The translations under genes were made by a program, and so were the position numbers. A DNA stretch of 64,000 nt from Raja brachyura (taxonomy: Eukaryota). Of the stretch, positions 1-10,740 are shown piece by piece; positions within the stretch are counted from its first letter, which is position 1; each line of letters opens with the position of its first letter. The notes beneath the pieces are model-generated. The model had not been told where the DNA came from and searched no databases. It was given only the letters and a program-made list of their open reading frames with translations. The stretch is from positions 81,716,001 through 81,780,000 of the forward strand of contig OY740784.1 of NCBI GenBank assembly GCA_963514005.1, read 5' to 3'.

Positions 1-1162
1 TAACCGCCACGATATGCTGTTTTGAGAGCTAATTCTATTTGTGGTCCAACTTTCTTCCGAGTGGAGACAGGAGAGAAAGAACTGCTTTCCAACGAGAGCT
101 GAAGTTAATTTAAAGCAAGGTTCGATTTTACACATTCACTCTTAATCATGCGAAATAAATAAAACATGGCAAGAACAATTGGAGCAGAGTATTTTTGGAG
201 TTAGGTTTTGTAGTACTAACAACATCTATTTACTACCACACGTGTCTGACCTTGAGGATTTCCCAGGAAGCAAATCTTGTGATGGTTCCATTCCAATTAT
301 TTTACCACCTCTTATCCGCACTTGAGAAAATAATCTAAAAGTGGGAAAGTGAAGCTAAATTGTTGTTGTGTGGGCGATCACCATCGCTCAGCAGGCTATA
401 AAAACATCCGTGTCTTTATTGTTAGAAATGGTGAAATCCTGCAAATCTCAATTGTATTTAAATGCTTTTGTCTGTCGAGTTTAGGTTCTTAGAATAGACT
501 TTGCATGACTGCCTATCAATGATTATGGTTGGCTCAGGCTTTTTTCCCCCCATTTATAAATAAATAGTTTGCAAGCCGAGGTAGATTATAATAACTAATT
601 AAGTAATTATCTCAGTCAGACGTTTTACAACATGTTTCACCAACCAATGGTAATTCCGACAGAAAAGTCCAAATCACTCAAGCCTATTTATGCAAAATAA
701 ACTTCCACAAACTACAATTTAATAATGTTCTTACTAATTCTCCATCACATCGACAGTGTTTTAGCAAGGTTTAATGTAAGCTTAAGCAACATTACATAAT
801 TTTCCAACATCATGGTGTGAATGCAATAATTTCATATTATCTGCCAATCTAGCCCAGCATCTCACATGCCCAGTGTTTGATTTTAACCTCACCAGTAATT
901 TCAGATTTTATGGAAATTACACCTTTAATTTCAGATATTATTGAAAATCCTCCAGTCACGCCTTCAATGGTTCACCAGCTTTTTGCCTCCCCCTTTCTGC
1001 CAGCACCACTGCCACTGCTGTCCATCATTCTCTCCTGATCTCCTTCCTGTCACTGATCATTCCTTTAGTTCCCATTGCTCCCTCGTCTCTTTCTCTATGA
1101 TTTAAAACATGCTTAGAATGTAGAACATAGAACAGTACAGATAGACAAAATCTCTGAAGAAA

Positions 1163-1438
1163 ACGGCTGAAGTGGCGCTGCATTACAGCGCTTGCAGTGC
1201 TGGAGACGCAGGACCGACTGTGGATGCTGTCTGTAAGGAGTTTGCACGTTCTCCCCGTGGCCTGCGTGGGTTTCTCTGACATCTTCGGTTTCCTCTCACA
1301 CTCCAAAGACGTACAGGTATGTAGGTTATTTGGTTTGGTGTAAGTGTCAATTGCCCCTTGTGTGTGTAGGATAGTGCGGGGATCGCTGGTTGGCGCAGGC
1401 CCAGTGGACTGAAGAGCCTGTTCCCGCGCTGTATCTCT
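1163..1438 (+). mobile_element. tRNA-derived V-SINE (HE1-like), decayed head
   Basis: V-domain GGAGTTTGCACGTTCTCCCCGTG...GGTTTCCTCTCACACTCCAAAGAC and CR1-like tail GCCTGTTCCCGCGCTGTATCTC, matching many other copies in the window. Confidence 0.8.
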
Positions 1439-1454
1439 CCAGGGGCGCTGCCTG

Positions 1455-1555
1455 TCCCTCTTTTTCTCCAGGGATGCTGCCTGGCTCACTGAGTTACTCC
1501 AGCACTTTGTGTCTATCTTCGGTATAAGCCAGTATCTGTAGTTGCTTCTTATGCA
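1455..1555 (+). mobile_element. Penelope-like terminal-repeat (pLTR) fragment
   Basis: GATGCTGCCTG...GAGTTACTCCAGCACTTTGTGTCTATC, the same sequence that follows the GIY-YIG ORF at 17575-17700. Confidence 0.7.
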
Positions 1556-2071
1556 TAGCACAGGACAGCATAGTACAACACTAGAACAGGCCCTTAAACC
1601 TACAGTGTCTGCACCAACCATGATGCCAATGTAACTCCCATCTACCTGCACATTGTCTATATCCCTCTGTTCCCTGTCTGCTCATGTGTCTATCTAATTG
1701 CCTCTCAAACATCATTTCTGCTTCTATCAACTTCCCCAGCAATGTTTTCCATGTGTAAGTGTTTCTAAATGTATTTCATATTTTTGTATCAACATTGAAG
1801 GAGACCGTTCAGTTCATTGGGGTCTATGCTAACTCTCGGAACAAAACCAACAGACCCATTCCACATAATCTATTCTATTCTTTCCCATTTTAACTCATTT
1901 TCCCATTCACATATCAACCTTTCTGTCCTAGTATGAGGCTACTCTCAAACTGGGGGAACAGCATCTCATATCCCGCTAGGGTAGTGGTATGAATGTTGAA
2001 TATTCCTATTTTAAGCCCCCGACTACCCCCTAAAAATAAATCAGACTTGAAGGCTGCAAGATGGTGCCTAA

Positions 2072-3440
2072 AGGGTCTGCCCACTTGGACGACCGATTCC
2101 ATGAGTTTAGAAAACCCTAGACGAGTTGAAAAAAATGTCAAGGTCGTGTTGACTTGGCAAAGTAAAAGACCTCCTACGACCTCCTACAACTATGTCTACG
2201 ACCTCCTACAACTATTTCTACAACCTCCTACGACTATGTCTACGACCTCCTACGACTATGTCTATCACCTCCTACGACCCCCTCGACCTCAGTCTTCCAC
2301 CTAAGACCAACTACGACTAGCTACGAGTGGAAAGTGATCACATGATAAAATGATATGATGTTTGCATTTCACGGGCCAGTTACCGACTATCTACGACTAC
2401 CTACGACTACCATCACGACCTACTACGACCTACCTACGACCTATCTACGAGTGAAAAGTGTAGATTTTTTCCATGCCAACCTTTTTTTTACTCGTGGATA
2501 TTTTTGATCAGGCTGGAAAAAACGCCGTGACCTACTTGAGGCCATGAGTACGTGGAGACTCATGAGCATGAGGAAGAGTTATGAAGACCTCCTACGACCT
2601 CGTGGCGACCATGCTGCGAGTATGTCATGGTCGCCATAGTGGTGGCGCTGCCTCACAGCTGCGGCTCACCTGCAGTCCGTTTGTTTTTTCTTTTCTTTTT
2701 TCCTTTTTCTGTCTGTTTTAGTTAGAATTTTGGTTAGGCTGTGTACGTGTGTGTGTGTGTGTGGGGGGGGGAGAAACAGGGTTTTAGTCTCTCCCTTCGG
2801 GGGATGCGACTTTTTTTGTCGTGTCCCCCGTCACCGTCTCCATCTGTGCTGAGGCCTAATGGCGGAGCTGGCGGCCTCGGAACTATGGCGGCGTTCCAGT
2901 GGCGGTGGCGGCGGCCGGGCTTCAGAGCTACAGTGCTCCAGAGGTGGCGTTCCAGCGGCGACCCGGCTTCAGAGCTGCAGTGCTCCAGCGTTCCAGCGGC
3001 GACCCGGCTTCAGAGCTGTGGTGCTCCAGCGTTCCAGCAGCGGACCCTGCTTTAGAGCTGTGGCGAGGTTCCAGCGTTCTGGCGACGCCAGTGGCGGCAG
3101 CCCGGCTTCAGAGGCTCGGCCGCGGGCCTAGTGGGCGATAACATCGGAGGCCTGGATTGCCTCAGCGCAGAGGGAGAACAAGGAGGGAAGAAGACAAAGA
3201 CTTTAAGACTTTTGCCTTCCACCACAGTGAGGAGGTGCCTGGTGAACTCACTGTGGTGGATGTTAAATATGTGTTTATTGTGTGTTTTGTTTTTTATTAT
3301 ATGTTATGACTGCAAGGTAACGAAATTTTGTTCAGACCGAAAGGTCTGAATGACAATAAAGGATACTTTACTTTGCTTTATGAGTCAAGGGCAAACTCGG
3401 CAGAGGTCGCCAATTAGGTCGTGAAAGTGGGACAGGGGCT
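2072..3440. mobile_element. PIF/Harbinger-type MITE #1 with nested insertion
   Basis: TAA|AGGGTCTGCCCACT ... AGTGGGACAGGGGCT|TAA; interior rich in CTACGAC repeats; right arm homologous (inverted) to 25259-25520. Confidence 0.85.
2625..3378 (+). mobile_element. GC-rich non-tRNA SINE-like retroelement nested in MITE #1
   Basis: Flanked by TATG (2621-2624, 3379-3382); interrupts sequence contiguous in MITE #5; ~41-bp tandem repeat at 2890-3110; 3' stem-loop plus GACAATAAA plus (TACTT)n-like tail. Confidence 0.75.
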
Positions 3441-4177
3441 TAACACATGGAAACTCCTTGTACAGACTTTGTACAGACTCCACTATCTTACAATGATAGA
3501 TCTAATATGATTGTGCCCAATCTATAGCAGGATGTCACTGAACTGTGGAACTCAGATAAACATGGCAATAAAGTACCATTGGATCTTTCTTTTTCATGCC
3601 CCCCCCCCCCCCCCCCCCCACCCTGGAACACTCCCATTTCCTCCACCATCTCCCACCCCAAGTCTCCCAGCTCTTTTCCTCTTCTTTGTACAGTAATATC
3701 CCATCTTCGAGTTCCCCACCTGTCCTCTTCCACCCATGTCTCTCCTTCCAGCTTCACATTTTACTCCCCCTTTCTTTCCTTATTTGACACTATTTTGTCC
3801 CCTATTCACCTCTAACCTTTGCCATTAACTCTACCCATCCACCATTCAGCCCCCCCCCCCCCCTGCCCTCCCCGATACTTGTGTCCATCCATCCCTTGCG
3901 AGGCTTTGTCCCACCCCCACCTCTCTTTTCCATCTTTGAGTTCCTCCAGCATTTTGTGTTTTGCTATTCTTTCTCATGTGGTGATAAACCATCCCCACAT
4001 CTCCCTCTTCATTCTCCTCTCAGCCACCTCCTACCACCTACAGAAGTAGACAATTGGCAATTTACAGTGGCAAAATTAACCGATAGACATGTCTTTGGGA
4101 CATACATAAAAAATGGAGCACCAGGAAATGCACAAACTTCACATCATGAGCAACCAAAATCAGTACCAAAAACAGAT

Positions 4178-4520
4178 CTGGAAGACTGGAAGGTGGCTAA
4201 TGTTATGTCTTTATTTAAGGAGTATGTCAAAAAAAAGCCTGGGAGCTATAGACCAGTAAACATGACATTCGTCACTGGATGGTATTCTGAGGGAAGCATT
4301 TGGAAAGATGGAGATTGATTAGAAACAGTCAGCATGGCTTCATGCTTGGGAGATTGTGTCTCATGAATTTGATTGAGTTTTTTGATGAACTAACCATGTT
4401 GGTTGATGAAAGCGAGGTGCTAAATGTCATCTATAAGGCAAGACCTTTGATAAGTTTTTACTGGCGCAAGTTGGTTACCTGGATACATAATTGTTTTGAT
4501 GGTAGGAAACAGTGAGATTC
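4178..4520 (+). mobile_element. CR1 LINE reverse-transcriptase fragment (decayed)
   Basis: Translations EDWKVANVMSLFK..KPGSYRPV and SQHGFMLGRLCLMNLIEFFDELT are CR1 RT motifs; frameshifted. Confidence 0.9.
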
Positions 4521-5124
4521 ATTGATGATCGATGCACTTCCAGTCTCTGGCATCCATAGATATCTACGGATACCTGTATCTATAGATATGGGTATGATAT
4601 ACATGGAGATATCATACCCATATCTGGTGTCGCTGACGAGCGCAGCACCTATTGCTGGTCTCTAACTGTGACTGATAAGGTGGTGGTGAGTCAGCTTGTT
4701 CAACCATGGCACTCGTACCATTGAAAATGCTGCCACAGAGCTTTGCATTGTACTCCACGCACAACTGTACATTCCAATCCTGCAGCACACCTGAGAAACC
4801 AAGTTACCTGGGTTTCTTGTGCTCACAACAAATACCATTTTTGCCAGCTGGAGCTGGTCCCACAAAATAACTTAAGGAAACAAAAGTTTAGTTCTCTGCA
4901 GTCAGTGTCCCCTTGGGGCAGGGGTGGGAGGGTGCGCTGGGAGTCAACATGATTATGAAAACGTGCTGGAGGGATTCAGGGAGTCAGGAAACATTTGTGT
5001 TGGGAAATGGATAGGCGATTTTTCTTTAGATCGGGACTCTTCTTCAGTCTGATAGAGTGGAGGAGAGATAGCTGGTAGAAAGAGGTGAAGGGAAGCAAGA
5101 GCTCCAGAACTGGTGCACAATGAT

Positions 5125-5825
5125 GGCACCAAAGTAGAGATGGTGGAAAGCTTCAAGGTCCCAACAACTTGTCCTGGACTAGCCATATCAAAGCAATGAC
5201 CAAGAAAGAATACCAATGCCTCTACTTCCTTTGAAGGCTTAGGAAGTTTGGCATGTCCCCAACAACTCTCACCAACTTCTACAGATGTTCTACAGAAAGC
5301 ATTTTTATCGGGTTGCTTCACAGCTTGGTTTGGGAACAGGTCCATCGAAAACCACAACAAATTTCAGAAAATTGTGGATGCAGCTCAGACCAACACACAC
5401 ACCAACCTCCCTTCCATTGACTCTATCTACACTTCATGCTGCCTCAGAAAGGCCAACCGCATAATCAAGGACGAGTCTCATCCCGGTAACTCCCTCTTCT
5501 CCCTTCTCCCATCAGGCAAGAGGTACAGAAGTGTGAAAATCCATGACTCCAGATTCAGAGACAGTTTAATCGCAGCTGTTATCAGGCGACTGAACCATCA
5601 TACCACAACTAGAGAGCAGTCCTGAGCTACTGTCTACCTCATTGATGACCTTCAGGCTATCTTTAATCAGACTTTACTGGACTTTATCTTGCAGTAAATG
5701 TTACTTCCTTTATCATACATCTGTACACTGTGAATGGCTGGTTAGCAGGCAACAAAAAACATTTCACTGTACCTAAGTACATGTGACAATAAACTAAACT
5801 AAACTTAACTAAAATTAAACTAAGA
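5125..5825 (+). mobile_element. Rex1/Babar-type LINE 3' fragment
   Basis: ORF 5248-5625 (ILSGC-like..TAWFGN..DESHPGNSLFSLLPSGKRYRS..RFRDS); 3' UTR ending TGTGACAATAAA(CTAAA)n. Confidence 0.85.
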
Positions 5826-6215
5826 ATTAGTAAGTGTTAGGTGGACACAGATGAGGAAGGATAATTTGGCAGTTTTTGCCGCATCGCTTCCCTTCACCTT
5901 TCAACCAGCTTTCTTCCCTCTACTCCATCAGCCTGAAGAAGCGACCCCACCTGAAATGTCATCGGTCCATTCCCCTCCACAGATGTTGCCTGATGTGCGA
6001 AATTCCTCCAGTGCTTTGTTTCTTGCTCAAGATTCCAGCATCAGCATTCTCTTGTGTTTTCATGACTGTGCCCTTCAGAGAACAAGGTAATTGGCCTGTA
6101 CAGATAACACAACATTTAGGTTTAACATGGAGACTTATTATTCCTGTCTGCATTATCTATTCTACTCTTTGGGATATAAGCAGACCCATTTAACATTGGC
6201 ATTGGAGGTGCTGGA

Positions 6216-6975
6216 TAGAAACATAGAAATATAGAAAATAGGTGCAGGAGGAGGCCATTTGGCCCTTGGAGCCAGCACCGCCATTCATTGTGATCATGGC
6301 TGATCGTTCCCAATCAATAACCCGTGCCTGCCTTCTCCACATATCCCTTGATTCCACTAGCCGCTAGAGCTCTCTCTAAATGGCCTGTCCCACGAGCATG
6401 CGACCTGCACAAGAGGGTCACGGAGGCACACAGAGAGGGACATGGAGGCACATATAGAGAGGGTCACGGAGGCACGACGCCGCGGCGGTGCATAATGCAT
6501 CGAGGCGGCTGCGGGCCGACAGGCCGTTGCCACGCGGAATTTTTGAACACGGTCAATTTTTCAGAGCCCCGCGCGATGTCGGGACCAGCTCCGCACAACT
6601 CCATACTGCTCCGGCGATCGAAGTGGGACCGGCCTCGTGAGGCCGGATGGCTCAAGCGACCACGTTAAGTCGCGCTCATCGCATGGAGTCGCATGCTGGT
6701 GGGACAGGCCCTTAACTCTATTTTAAATCCATCCAGTGATTTGGCCTCCACTGCCCTCTGTGGCAGGGAATTCCACAAATTCACAACTCTCTGGGTTTTT
6801 TTCTCACCTCATTCTTGAATGACCTCCCCTTTATTCTAAGACTGTGGCCCCTGGTTCAGGACTCGCCCAACATTGGGAACATTTTTCCTGCATCTAGCTT
6901 GTCCAGTCCTTTCATAATTTTACATGTTTCTATAAGATCTCCCCTCATCCTTCTAAACTCCAGTGAATACAAGAT
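6216..6975 (-). mobile_element. CR1 LINE 3' fragment interrupted by MITE #2
   Basis: (ATAGAAAC)n tail and CR1 ORF2 C-terminal sequence, as in the 22420-22734 ORF (SRTRGHSLRIRG..FFTQRVVGLWNSLP). Confidence 0.9.
6380..6712. mobile_element. PIF/Harbinger-type MITE #2
   Basis: TAA|ATGGCCTGTCCCAC...GTGGGACAGGCCCT|TAA; removing it restores the CR1 sequence TCTAACTC, confirming a 3-bp TSD. Confidence 0.92.
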
Positions 6976-7667
6976 GATAGATAGTAAGTTCACTTGGGGT
7001 TATTGAAAGACCAAAGTGAAGTTAGGGCAAGTACATGTCAACAAATTCTTCATCCTTTTTTATTTCCTTTACTGTTAATCCTCCGGTTGTGTCCATTTTC
7101 ATTTGAGCCCTCTATGAAACAAAATTATATTAACCACATGCTTATTCCACTGCATTTGATGGAGTAGCTAAAGGTTCAGTAAGAATGATCAAAAATGCTT
7201 CGAAGAAACAAATGTTGCAAGCATGCTTAAGTTTAACCAAAGACATTGAATGATGAACTATTTTGTTCAACAACTGAATGATGTCCCATTACGCAGCAGG
7301 CAACACTTTTGCCTACTTATTAATGCAAATATTACCCAGGCCATAATTAATATTGGTTCACTCAAATCTTGAAGGGGGAGGAGGAGATGTGCAAACAGAA
7401 ACAAAATTCCTCACAGAAGCAAACAATTTTGCCATTTTGATAAAATAACCATTATTATATATTAACATCCAAGTGTCCATATAGGCCTGCTAATTTCCAC
7501 AAGAACTATGTGAGCATGAGTGGGTATTAGAAATCGATCTAGTGGAGATTTTGACTCATGATGTGACTCATTGCTATTAAACTAAGTCAAAAAATGATAC
7601 CTCACACAAGTCATGAAGTGGTTAGATCATCGAAAGAAATTTCCTTCGAAAAGATCAAAGAGAAGTA

Positions 7668-8270
7668 GGCGGTGCGGTGGCACAATTGGAGAGTTGCTGC
7701 CTTCAGAGCCTGTATGAGGTAATTCAAGAGTTCTCCCGAGTTTAAAAAAAAATCAAACTCGTGGTAAGCACGTAGAATGTACGTAGCGGGTACTTCAGGG
7801 CTCGGGACGTCTCTTAGCGGCTCGTAACGCTAACGGCAGGTACTCAGGAAACGCGGTAAGCTCGTGAAGACCCGTAAAGATTTTTCAACATGTTAAAAAA
7901 TGTCCACGAGAGCACCGGGTAACTACGAGTGGCTATTACCGTAATTCTCTGAGTTCGAATCAGGGGAAACTCGGGAGAACTCTTGAATTAGCTTGTACAG
8001 TGGGACAGGCCCTTTACAGTGCTAAAGACCCAGGTTCGATCCCAACTACAGGTGCTGTCTGTATGGAGTTTGTACGTTCTCCCCAGGACCTGCTTGGATT
8101 TCTCTGAGATCTTCGGTTTCCTCCCACACTCCAAAGATATACAGGTTGGTAGGTTAATTGGAATCAGTGACAATTGTAGGAAAGTGTTAGAGTGTGGAGA
8201 TCGCTGGTTGGCACGGGCTCAGTGGCCGAAGGGCCTGTTTCCACGCTGTAACTCAAAACTAATCTAAACT
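7668..8270 (+). mobile_element. V-SINE split by MITE #3
   Basis: A-box head GGCGGTGCGGTGGCACA..GAGTTGCTGCC, then B-box GGTTCGATCCC after the MITE, then V-domain and tail. Confidence 0.88.
7705..8013. mobile_element. PIF/Harbinger-type MITE #3
   Basis: Right TIR AGTGGGACAGGCCCT|TTA; left TIR partly deleted; subterminal inverted repeats AATTCAAGAGTTCTCCCGAGTTT / AAACTCGGGAGAACTCTTGAATT. Confidence 0.85.
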
Positions 8271-10144
8271 GAACAAGTAGATTCAGAATATCAAAGGATG
8301 GGTTAAATCTGTAAATAATGGTAATATATAAAGTATTCATTCTCTTTAAAAAGTCATAAATGTGTGTAAAACTATGATATATATTTTTGGTATGCACATG
8401 TTAGTGTCACAGTGAAGTAGCTGCAAGTGCTGCTGTTTACAGCTTCAGTGACCCAGCTTCTCAGCTCAGATGTTGGTCGAATCAGAGAGAATGTGTTGCA
8501 AGGAAATAACTGGTGAATGGAATGTATGGAATTGCTCTGAGAGACTTGATGTGCTGAATGGTCTCCTTCTGTACGGGTAAGATAAGATGAAATGTAGCAT
8601 TGCTTGCAGTAAGAGTTTCCTCATGTTTCTTCATGTTTCTTACGCTCCCTACAGATGGCAGAAAGCACAAGTTGCCAGAACGATGCTTTGTGCCTATCCT
8701 GGCATTGCCCACTAATCTGCTTTTGCAGAAAGGGGGCTCCATGCCATAGGATGTTCAACATGTAGTGCAGATGGCAATCGCCTTCTCAAAGCAAGTTGGC
8801 ACATTGGATCCAAAGGCACTGGTGTGAAAAGCCTATTCCAAGGCCACACATTACAGCTTATTTCACCCAACCTTCCCGACAGCTCAATTTCTGGCCTCAG
8901 AAGCAGAATAGTAGCTGGGTCTAAGTGGACATTCATATTATGTATGGTCCTGATGGAGAGAATTCTTGGAAATAAGTCCAAAAAACAGACCTCTTTAATT
9001 AGTTTGTAGGGAGATGAGGAAAAGTCAACGATCTCCGGGTTCATCAACACACAAGACCTGTAATCCAACAATCTGAATAAGGCACATGATCAATCCCACC
9101 ACAGCCACTGACTAATTTAAATTGTACATTTAATAAATCTTGAATGGCGATGTAGGTTATCCAATGACAAGATTGTCATTATAATCAAATTAATTAATTA
9201 GTGGAACAGAAATCTGCAATCCTTCTCGAGCCTGAATCTGGATCCAGACTCTCAGCAAAGAAGCTGACTGCAACATCTCAGCAAGCTCCTCAGATCAAGA
9301 TCACTAAATGCCAGCCTTGCCATAGACATCATTGATTGGAAAGCTAGGTGCTATGGCAACCTTGTGCCTGCTCTGATTTGTACTACAGGGCTATTGCATC
9401 CGATCAATATTTCTGCATTGCCCTAAGGAAAGTCACAATGAACAATGGATTCTACGGCTACTCTGTCACTGGAATCCTCTGGGATCATACTCTCCATCAC
9501 ACCTTCCCAGAGCCATCTCGAGAATCTTTACCTTGTTATGGCAAGATTCTCACAGTTGCTATCTAATTTCCTGGGCTAAGAAGTGAAAATGATGGGAAAG
9601 GTTACAATCCAATGTAACTATTCTAACTTTGTGCATGGCTCTCAATTCAAGGGTAACATCAGCCAACATTAGAACCTTAACTGAATATGATGGTTTAGTT
9701 GTGGAAAGTCAATGAGACCAGCCTTCTGTATATGTACCAGGTGAGGGTGGGCTGGGACTGCAGGTAGTGCGATCTGACCCTTCATAATCACTGCAAAACA
9801 CATGAGCTTGAGTATAATTGAGTTTTAATGGCAGATGATGTTAATTAATGGTTAAAACCTTTCTGGCCCTTAAAAAGTTCTTTTTTTTGTTACTACCTAA
9901 GAATTTTTCAAAATGCAGTAGCTTTAAAAAAAAACGCATTTGAAGTGTTTATTTCCACACCTGCTTTAATCTTTTATATTTGTTCGAATCTTGAGTTAGT
10001 GTGTTGCCAAACATTTAAATATCAGATGGAAATTCAAGGGCAAAACACTGCTGATGCTGGAGATCTGACACAAACTAGAGAATACTGGAAACCATCCACA
10101 GGTTAGGCAGAATCTGTGGAGAGTCAAACAATTAAAACGTTCTA

Positions 10145-10365
10145 GATAGACACAAAATGCTGGAGTAACTCAGCGGGTCAGGCAGTATCTCAGGAGAAAA
10201 GGAATAGGTGACATTTCGGGTCAAGAACCTTCTGCAGTCTGAAGAAGACTCGACACGAAACGTCACCTATTCCTTTTCTCCAGAAATGCTGTCTGACTCA
10301 CTGAGTTACTCCACCCTTTTGTATCTTTTTGGTGCAAACCAGCATCTGCACTTCCTTCCTACACA
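10145..10365. mobile_element. Palindromic pair of Penelope pLTR fragments with hammerhead-like core
   Basis: ~90-bp inverted arms joined at ...TGCAG|TCTGAAGAAG; CTGAAGA..GAAACGTC at ~10238-10264. Confidence 0.75.
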
Positions 10366-10740
10366 GTTAAAACTTTCTATTTTATATACATAGAAACATA
10401 GAGGGAAAAAAAATAGGTGCAGGAGTAGGCCATGCGGCCCTTCAAGCCAGCACCACCTTTAAATTTGACCATGGCTGATCATCCAAAATAAGTACCCCGT
10501 TACTGCAGTGTGAATATGAGACATTGTTTCATTGTCACCTTCTCCTAGCTAGCAATGATCAATTCTTAATTTTTCTTGAAGCTCATCCTCTTTGATGTCT
10601 CATTTTCACACCTTGCACTTCCTTATTTCTGTGTCTCCCTCTCCCCTGACTCTCAGTCTGAAGAAGGTTCTCAACCCAAAATGTCAACCATTCCTTCTAT
10701 TCAGAGATGCTGCCTGTAGTTACTCCAGCATGCTGAGTAA

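Noticed and set aside
1025-1651. 208-aa minus-strand ORF
   Set aside because: Chance read-through across CR1, pLTR and V-SINE fragments.
2741-3141. Overlapping GC-rich ORFs and a ~41-bp repeat array superficially like CRISPR
   Set aside because: Tandem repeat without unique spacers inside a SINE-like element; vertebrate context and no cas genes.
8712-9071. Open frames on both strands after a TTTTGCAG acceptor-like site
   Set aside because: No recognisable protein similarity or convincing exon pairing; cannot be supported without a search.
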